Below are positions 55,346 through 64,000 of a stretch of DNA of 64,000 nt, piece after piece (positions within the stretch are counted from its first letter, which is position 1; every line of letters starts with the position of its first letter). The stretch comes from the human T2T-CHM13v2.0 reference genome, Homo sapiens. The translations under genes were made by a program, and so were the position numbers. The stretch lies in NCBI RefSeq assembly GCF_009914755.1, contig NC_060931.1, one strand, 5' to 3'. The notes beneath the pieces are model-generated. The model did not search any database and was not told the origin of the DNA. It was given only the letters and a program-made list of their open reading frames with translations.

Positions 55346-56071
55346 TTTCAAAAACTCTTACTTAGAAAATAAAAATAGAAAAGAATCACCTAAAAATATT
55401 TATATAATTAATAAATTTGCTAAATGACTGGTGTTTTCAGGTATCACAGCAGTGAATTATTTAATGATGAAGGGAACCATTAAAAATAATAACCAAAGAC
55501 AAGCAAAGTATGTAATGGCTGGTTTGGAATATGCTTTTTAAAAAGGTAACAAACTATACATCTTTATAGAAATGCATGTAGAATACCCAAATAAATGAAG
55601 AAAAAAATACCATGTTACACAATGGGAACAAATTATTTGTAATAACCTCTATTCTTCCCAAAATAATACTCACATATAAACATAAATGGAAAACAAGATA
55701 TAACTTCAAAATAGACATTTTTGAAATATAACATTTCATATGTGGTAAATAAAGCACCAGCCAAATAAGAAATTGTGTTGCTTGGTAAACACTAATAGGA
55801 AAATAAAGAGTTGTCAGAAAAAGAATCGATATATGTCTTCATATTTCATAGTATAACAGAATAAATTCTAGATGGATTAAAGTGCTGAACAACTTTTAGA
55901 AATCATAAAAATACTACAAGACAGGTTTCTAAGCATAAAATAAATAAAAAATATCCTGTGTTTTAAAAAATAACAAAATAGACAAACTGAGAAATCACTG
56001 AGTCCTTAAATTCAACGGGCCACTCAAATAGATTTTTCTAAAGACTAATTTTTATGATTTATTGCTAAGTC

Positions 56072-56197
56072 ATTTATTTTTTTGAGATGGGGGATCTCAC
56101 TATTTTGCTCAAGTTAGACTCAAACTCTGGACTTAGTAATCCTCCTGCTTCAGACTCCTAAAAAGCTGTGACTACAGGCACATGCCGTTGTGTCCCA
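56072..56197 (-). mobile_element. Alu monomer (FLAM-like) within an old L1 relic (about 55400-56450)
   Basis: tttgagatgggggatctcactattttgctcaag...aatcctcctgcttcag...gactacaggcacatgcc. Confidence 0.8.
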
Positions 56198-56454
56198 TTC
56201 TAACAGATTTTTTAAAACAACATTAAGGTCACAATGGGAAAATGGGTCAGATGTTGATAAATTCTAAAAGTGTAAATACAATGGATGAATAAATACATGA
56301 AATATAAATCTTTACTACTATTTACTATAAGTAGAAATTAAAACAATCAAAAATAGCTCTTTCTTTACTAAATTGGCAAATACTTTATAATTTTTAATAC
56401 TGAATATTGGTGATATTGAAATAAGACAGGTCTCTCGTCCTACCAGTAGGGTGT

Positions 56455-56841
56455 TGTGTAAGTTTACTAGGCCTACCTTAACAAAGTACCACAGAATGGG
56501 TAGATTAAACAACAGAAACTTTATCTTCTCACAGTTCTGGAAAATAGAAGCTCAAGACCAAGGTGTCAACCAAGTTGGTTTCTTCAAAGGCCCTTCTCCA
56601 TGGCTGTAGATGGCCATCATCTCCCTGTGTCTTTGCATGGTCCTCTCTGTGTGTGTCCTCATCTCCTCTTCTTGTGTGGACACCAGTTGATCATATTGGA
56701 TAGGGCCCACCCATATGACCCCATTTTATCTTAGAAATCTCCTTAAACGCCCTCTCTCCAAGTACACTCACATTCTGGAGGCGATGGGGGATTAAAATCT
56801 GAACATATGAATTTTGAGGGGACAAAATTCAACCCTTAACA
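56455..56841 (-). mobile_element. MLT1A/B solo LTR
   Basis: taacaaagtaccacagaatggg...cacagttctgga...atatgaattttgaggggacaaaattcaacccttaaca. Confidence 0.9.
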
Positions 56842-56843
56842 GA

Positions 56844-57085
56844 TGCCAAAGCAAAAATTGCAACTGCCAAGGGAAGGCTTTGCTTAAGTCTATTACCATA
56901 CTGTAGAAAGATCAGAGTTCAGTCTGAGATCAACTGCTCTGATACAAATGGCTGGAGAGTTTTAAGAGTTGGAGTAGGGTATTTTAGGCCATCTGTGTTT
57001 GCTAACTGGCTTTACGCATGAAAAGTAAACTCCTGTCCTCAGGATGGGAGGTAATTTTGCAACTTGAAGCAAGAGGCCACTGAAG
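56844..57085 (-). mobile_element. MER31/MER67-like LTR fragment, same family as 41823-42320
   Basis: caaagcaaaaattg...gtctgagatcaact...tttaagag...atctgtgtttgctaactggctttac. Confidence 0.65.
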
Positions 57086-57809
57086 GAACGTCAAGTTGTT
57101 AGAGTGAATTGACAATGGTGGAATTATTTACACCATGAATAGGGCCCCTCCCTCCAAAATAAAACCACTTATCCACGTGCTCTGCTTTTGGTATGATAAT
57201 ATTTCAAAGCCATGCCATAAAAAGCAATCAGTTACGTTTAGAAATAAATAAATATGTCTTCTAAATGCTATCAAGTCAGTGATGACTTCAGGAAACCAAG
57301 AATTGCAGACATGAATTCAAAAGATAGCTGTATGAAACAGAATTATCTTGAAGAAACCCAGAGTCACCATCAGGTTAAAGCCTGGTAAAGAATTAGGAAG
57401 AAAAGGAGAGAGGGAGACCAACGAGGTAATTCCAAGTTACCTCTGTAAGGAAATTCAGGGTTCATTGAAAAACAATTGGAAGGGACCAATAGATAAGTGG
57501 CTACACAATCTTCTGAATCAAAAAATAGGGTTACTGGTCTTCCTCAGAACTGTATCACTCCCAGAACAGGAAGAGCCCTGGAATGGTCTCAAGGAATTTT
57601 ATAGATAATTATCAAACCATCTATGGCCATACCACTCTGAACGTGCCAGATATCGTCTGATAATTGTTAAACAGAAATGAACAACATCAAATTTCTCCTT
57701 ACCTTTTTTGCAGTATCTTAAAAGCCTTTATTGACAAAGGACTATGTCAACAATTAGAGGAAATAAATCCTGCCTGAAAAGAATCCTAGCTAACAAATCA
57801 ATTTGAATA

Positions 57810-58230
57810 ATCATATTTCTAAAATGCAAATTGACTCATTTCTCTCTCCATTAAAACCATTTGATGGTTTTCCATTGTCCATTGAATGAATTTCAAAATT
57901 CTTAGCATAGTTTATCAGGCAGTTTGTACTCTGATTCTTCCAACTCTTCATACTTTGCAAGTTGTAGCCACATATCTTTTCCTTAGCCTCCAACATATGC
58001 CCTCATTCCCCACACTAGACTAGATTAGCGGATCCTACAAGTGTTCACAGAGCACAGTAAATGTTCCTATCACACAGCCCAAATCACCCTGAATCATAAA
58101 TCTACATCCCTTAAAGGATCATAAACTGAGAGATACAAGACAGTGTTAATTTTATTCAACATTTACCCCATGCATTGTGCACAGTAGATGTACAGAAGAT
58201 ATTTTTAACAAATAAATTGATGAATATTTA
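57810..58230 (+). mobile_element. L2 relic
   Basis: ttctaaaatgcaaattgactcat...ttaaaaccatttgatggtttt...cacagtagatgtac...ataaattgatgaat. Confidence 0.65.
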
Positions 58231-58596
58231 AGGAGAATTTATTGTCTCCAGGGGAAGAAAAACTAGTACTTAGTAACAGAAGGATTATAATTTCCTCTAA
58301 CATTTGTTCTGTATAGGTTATGAAGAAAATGTTACATATGTCACTTAGAAGGTTCGCAGAGATCCTTGCATAGCTAATACATTTGAAGGCCCACTTTGCT
58401 TTTCTCTGGAAACTCTGCCATTCAAATTAAAATCTCTCTATGCTTTGGTCAAAATCAATTGCTGCCATCTCAGATTAGCCTTCCAATTATTTCCTTTCTT
58501 CTTATTCAAAGAAACCCTGAGCAAAGGATCAGTTAAGTTTAATGAAAATATCACTAAATTAGATACAGTGTTTATCATTTAACTCTCTTATGAAAA

Positions 58597-58760
58597 TATG
58601 TGTATGTATAAATTCATATATACATGTATGTCTATATGTATACATATATTATATATGAATTATATATAATATATGTATACATGTATACATATATATGAAT
58701 TATATATAATACATGTATGCATGTATACATATATACATATATACACATATATATGAATTC
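58597..58760. repeat. TA/TACA-rich simple repeat with a higher-order unit
   Basis: atatatgaattatatataat occurs twice within TA/CA repeats. Confidence 0.85.
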
Positions 58761-59926
58761 ACAACACAAATGAAAAGCAACATAAAACAAATAAAAAAGA
58801 TTTTAAATTAAAAACAAGATGAAACACAGCCTTTTCTCATTTTTCAGTGTACTGATTTACCCAGTCAATTCCCTTCATCATCTACCTCTCCCCACCAAAT
58901 CACAAAACACACCATTCTGCCTAGCCTGACCAAGCAATATCCTTTATTAATATAAAAAAAAGAAAAAAACCCTGTGGCTAAATCTACGCACTTCCATCAA
59001 GGCTCATTTTTCTTGAGAATGACCCAACACTTGGTTCTGCATACATTTGCCTAGCAGGCAGTTCCCTATATAGTTTTTAATGGTGTGAATGTCTATTACC
59101 AGACATCTGTTTTAAACCTATTTTCTTTATTGTACTTACTCCATCTAATTACATTATTTTGGTAAACAGAAGAAAAAAAGTAATTTAAAATGACATCTAT
59201 CTGAATCAGTCCCAAGCTAGTTAGTTTTCTTTTCTCTCCCAAAGATGTAAAAACGGATGTTTTTGTTTCTCTGCCCCACTACTGCATATCGTTTTATTAT
59301 GGAATCAATTTGTTTACTCTTTTCCATTTTCTGCTTTTAACTGATATTACCATTTGCAGTCTTATACAGAAGTGGTCTTAAAACATTTTCTCTTGCAATT
59401 TTAGTTACTTACTTTCAGATCTGATATCTTTTAAGGCGGAAATAAGAAGATGCAGAAATGCCTCCCATTCAATAGACCTAGCATTTGCAGTGAAAGGACT
59501 TAAGACTGTGTAGTGAAGTCTCTGACAAAATTAACCTTACGGCATCAGATTACTTCTGAAACTTTGTTTTGTTATCTATAAGATAAAAAAAAAAGTGATT
59601 TCTCAATTTTCCAAGTTCAAGTTTAAGACCCTGGCTTTTACACATTACTGTGAGTGTTAAAAGACAATGAAGCCTGAAAAAGAAGAAGGACATTTAGAAA
59701 AGCTGGTAGAAAGCAAGAAGAGATGACTGTCACAAAGCCATAAGAAAAGTGTTAAATAATAATAATAATAAAAAGGTTGTCAAGAGTGTCAAGTGATAAT
59801 CGTAATTTTTTTTCACTTACATAGTGTTTTTAAGTTGCCAAATACTTTTTCATAGATTATAATGTATTGCCAATGTCAATTCTGTGATGGAAGTAAGACA
59901 GAGATCGGTTTTCATTTTTAATGAAT

Positions 59927-60333
59927 CTCTTAGTCTGTTGCATTGCTATAAAGGAATACCTGAGGCTGGGAAATTTGTAAAGAAAAGAGGTTTATTTGGC
60001 TCAAGATTCTGCAAGCTGTACAAGAAGCATGATGCCAGTGTCTGCTTCTGATGAGAGCTCCAGGAAGCTTCCAAAAATGGCAGAAGGCAAAGAGAGGCTG
60101 GCATATCACATGGCAGGGGAAAAACGGAGAGGGAGAGCAGGTGCCAGGCTCTTTTTAACAACCAGGTCTTGCAAGAATTAAGAGTGAGAACTCAATCGCG
60201 TGAGAAGAACACCAAGCCATTCATGAGGGACCCACACCGATGACTCAGACACCTCCCAGTAGGCCCTGCCTCCAACACAAGGATCAAATTTCAACACGAA
60301 ATTTGGAGGGGACAAATATTCAAATTCTATCAA
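59927..60333 (-). mobile_element. MSTB-like MaLR solo LTR inserted in a MIR
   Basis: tcttagtctgttgcattgctataaaggaatacctgaggctggg...tttggaggggacaaatattcaaa; MIR resumes aaactgaggttaag. Confidence 0.9.
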
Positions 60334-60444
60334 TGGATTAAAAAACTGAGGTTAAGGAATATTAGAAAAGTCAAAGAGAAAAACATGAAAACAGGAAAAT
60401 CTAAATCATAGAAATACTTTAGATCTGCAGTCCTGATTTGTTAT

Positions 60445-60650
60445 ACACACAGATTCTGATCTGGACTGCTGGGGTTCAAATCTCAGACCACTAGGTAGTT
60501 TTTGACCTTTTGACTGCCCTGTACCTCAGGATGCTCACCTATAAAGTCCAAATCCTGACACAATTTACCTTAATGATTTGCAGTAAGAACTAGTTAGATA
60601 CATATAAAGCACTATGACAATTTCCTCGCATTCAATAAATGTTAGCTGCC
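60445..60650 (+). mobile_element. MIR
   Basis: ggactgctggggttcaaatctcag...ctgtacctcag...ttcaataaatgttagct. Confidence 0.75.
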
Positions 60651-61849
60651 CTTATTACAGTCACTAAGGTGAAAATCCAGCCACAGCTTCACTGCCTCAG
60701 GTTACCTTCTCTCTATGGGGCTCTGGAGGAGCGGAGAAGCAAGAGGCATGTATCAAGGGAACCCTCAATGAGGAGTGGCCAAGCAGCCACCTAAGGAAGC
60801 AGATTACGTCAAGGTCTAGGGCCTCACTCCCTTCCACAAATGCTGAGCATGCTTAACTCCTGGCCTAGGCAGTCTCCTCAAAGATAGAATATAAGGATAT
60901 TCCTACTTACAAAGACTTTATATTACTCTATTAGGGACTTTTGTTTGAAGACAGTGTTATGGAAAGTCATAACATGTGAATTTAACTCTAGTCTAAGAAA
61001 TTGTACAAGTGTAAGCATGTAAGTTAATTACCTTTTATGTTGAAGACACAATTAACTTATGTAGTAACATCTGGTGGGCCTATTTGCTTTTTCAAATTAA
61101 GATAATTAGAACTGACAAAGTACCTTCATTCCAATTTCTCTGTCTCATCACCACCCGCCCCTTAGATTATTTGCAAGTTTGCTTTTTGTTGTGACAGGTT
61201 TTTTCTGTCATTTTTAGTCAATATCAATTTGTTTTATTTTAAACTTTAGGAGCTGTAATTACTACTGTGAAACTGTTCATAATACAAATTTATATTATGT
61301 TGAAAAAAGTCATAAAATGAAAGTACACATAATTTAAGCAGTCAGTACTTCTCATAATTAATATTATTATATAGTATTCATGAAATTTGATGAAAGACAA
61401 GCTTCTCTAAGACTTTTTAACACTCACTCTAGTATTCTCAATTCTTAAAAAAGGACCTAATATATACTAGCCACTCAGTGAATATTTGTGTCATGAAAGA
61501 ATGAATGAATGAGTCAACCATATGGAATTTTATAATGCCATATATTTACTAGAGCATAATTATGATGCCTTGATTTTAGAAATTCTATTTACTACTATTT
61601 TAGTTCATGAAACTATGTTAAATCTATTCAAACATACATTTATCTTCTTTACATCATGTGCTTTTCATCCTGCACATCCTAAATTTAATACTAGACAAAA
61701 TATTTGCACATATAAAACTATTATTTTATTTTTTATTATAAGGATTACTCATACTAAAATTTTATAATGATTTTTTACACCAACCCTTTGTATATAATAC
61801 CAAGGGCATTAGTATTCGGAATACATGAATACTCATTCCAGCCCTTAAT

Positions 61850-61955
61850 AAAAAAGTCACTTAATCTTTCTGTGCCTAAATCTCTTAATCTACACAGTGT
61901 AAATAATCATAAACTTACTTTTCTTAGCTCAGGGTGTTGTTCTGAAGATCAAATT
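61850..61955 (+). mobile_element. MIR core fragment
   Basis: aagtcacttaatctttctgtgcct...agggtgttgttctgaagatcaaat. Confidence 0.65.
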
Positions 61956-62038
61956 GTTTCTTAATAAAAAGCTAATTAAAATAATCAAATTAGAATGGAC
62001 TCTAATGTATTTAAGAACTTTATTCTATTTTTTCAGGA

Positions 62039-62508
62039 TGTAGGAGACAGAAGGTACCACCCCCAAATGTGACTGCAGAAGACCAGAATATAATGCCCCA
62101 AAATATGCTTCTTTAGTATAACGATTATTTTGAGCTGATTATTTTGAGAAATAGAAGCTCTGAAAACAGAGAAGCTACTCTTTGAAAGGAAAATTTACAT
62201 TTATAAAGGAAATCTCCAACTTAAATCTGCATAACAAACCTTATTCATATTTACCATACTTTTCCTAGTTGCCTTTCCTTAACTCATGTCTCACACCCTT
62301 TTTGCTTATTTGTTTTTAGCTGAAGATTATATTTAAGCCTGAATTCTAAGCTTCTTTTGGTTACTCATTTCCCTGCGTATTTTCTATGTATATATGAGAT
62401 GTACATGTTAATAAATCTCTATTTTTCTCTTGTAATCTGTCTTTTGTCATAGGGTCCCCATTCAAGAACATAGAAGGATAGAGGAAAAATTATTTTTCTT
62501 CTACTACA
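62039..62508 (+). mobile_element. MER34-family ERV1 solo LTR
   Basis: tgtaggagac...gccccaaaatatgcttcttt...tattttgagctg...aataaa...ctactaca (TG...CA termini). Confidence 0.8.
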
Positions 62509-62610
62509 AAATAAAAGGACAAAATATTTTAATTATAATATTTTAAAATCTATAGTGAGGTACAATTTTTCTTTAGGCATTGGAAAACTTACGTGGTAAA
62601 TATATGGTAT

Positions 62611-63062
62611 TGTTAACCCAAAGGAAACAAGCTGAGACAAGGTTAATGTAATTAGAGAGTTTATTGGGCCAAGCTTGAGGATTCCAACCCAAGAGCACAG
62701 ATTCAAATTTCCCTGAATACACACTCCAATTAGTAGCAGTTACGAGTAAAGTTTTAAAGGCAAAAAAGAGGCAACAGGGAGTGAGTTGATACAAAGTTGT
62801 TTGTCAGGACTTTCACTGGTTGACAAAAATCACATTGATTAGTGATTGGCCAGATATTGTTAAGCTATAGAACGTGAGTAACAGTATCCTGTGTGGATTA
62901 GGTTAATTTATAGCTACCTGTGACAATAGCAAGCAGTTTCAGGAAATGAATACAGAGCTCAAACCAGGGAGCAGGATGTGATCACTGTCTCACTTTAATA
63001 TCTCTCTGGGCCTGATATTTTAAAAGATTTGCATTCATCAGACGAAAGTTATGTTCTTTACT
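62611..63062 (-). mobile_element. MER4-group ERV1 3' LTR
   Basis: tgttaac...gagtttattgggccaagc (antisense AATAAA); abuts a polypurine tract on the minus strand (aaaaaggggaaat, about 63064-63076). Confidence 0.7.
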
Positions 63063-64000
63063 AATTTCCCCTTTTTGATCAAAAATCTTTTTTATGAAAA
63101 ACACTAGTGATCAAAATTTGACTGCCAAGTGTCCCTTACTGCCAGTAAATCTCATTCCCAGGTAGTCCTGTCAAAGTAATTGATCTATGGTTGCTGTCAT
63201 TTGCTAAATCTTACCTGGTCTTCAAAGTACCATGAATTTAGTTTTTTTAGAAGTAAAACAATGAGACATAAATAGCATTAATAAGTTAAATAGCAGAAAT
63301 ATAATGCAAACAATGATTACAATCAAAAGAGACTTTGTATGTCAGAATAGGGAAAAAATACTCTGTTAGGGAGTCAACTAAAAACATCATGAAGAAAATT
63401 AAATCCATATTCTTCTTTAGAGATGTCTCGTAGCACTGAAGTAAGTCAGGATTAAGTCCAAATGTAGGTAAATAATAAAGCTCAAAAACAATGGAAAAGA
63501 CTAGACTCTAACAACAGGTGTACTAGTTTTCTTCTGAAATACAATGTTTTCTTCCTTGAGCTCTCTATTTTTTCCAAAGATAAATCTTAGTAGGACAGAT
63601 TTATTTGCAATGTAAGGTTTAGTCCTCTTATACTTGGCCTGATTATTTGCATTAAGTGCAACAAGAATAGTGAATGGCCATATAATCCCCTTTAAATTGG
63701 CTTTGCTAGGATTTTTACATAAGGAACATCCAATTCCACTTTTAAAAGCCTTGAGGCTATTCAAACCAAAGATTTGCCATGAGACTGTCTACAATAATCA
63801 TAAAAATTGGGAGAATTCTTCTCTAGGTCCCAAAATAACTTGAGGTTCCTAGGCCTGTCAGAAAGTGACATTCTTTACTTACCACAAGGATAGAAACCTT
63901 GTAAAAGAACTATGTATTATTACACAAGGTACGAGCCCAGTGTTTCCAAGGGGCTTTTTGTCAGCTCTGCAAAGTCAATTTTAATTCATCAAAGCATTCT
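63063..64000 (-). mobile_element. MER4-group ERV1 internal sequence (3' part), runs off the window
   Basis: PPT next to the LTR; gtcccaaaataacttgaggttcctaggcctgtcagaaagtgacattctttacttaccaca is typical of MER4-group internal regions. Confidence 0.7.

Noticed and set aside
41823-57085. Two same-family, same-orientation LTR pieces as the ends of one provirus
   Set aside because: They are diverged from each other and the intervening DNA (L2, MIR, Tigger, L1) has no ERV internal sequence.

Overview
AT-rich, repeat-dense non-coding primate DNA, probably human or another catarrhine because a canonical AluY is present. It looks intronic or intergenic. I see no intact protein-coding gene, RNA gene or CRISPR array; the supplied ORFs are mostly L1/Alu/LTR-derived or random. 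About half the window is interspersed repeats: four large L1s (5'-truncated L1MA 4350-7575; internally deleted near-full-length L1MA 20725-25540; 5'-inverted L1MA 38896-40669; full-length L1PA13-16-like 46935-53948), several Alus, MaLR/ERVL/ERV1 LTRs, DNA transposons and L2/MIR relics. Subfamily names and most repeat boundaries come from recalled consensus sequences and are approximate. The clearest structure the annotation does not explain is a set of repair and retroposition scars. There are three same-orientation, non-tandem local duplications (about 55-235 bp, copies 0.55-2.3 kb apart), one pasted into an L1. There are also two fold-back inverted replacements inside L1s, several short tandem duplications, and a 20-nt non-TE micro-retrocopy with a poly(A) tail and TSD. 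I found no convincing evidence of a new gene-encoded system.
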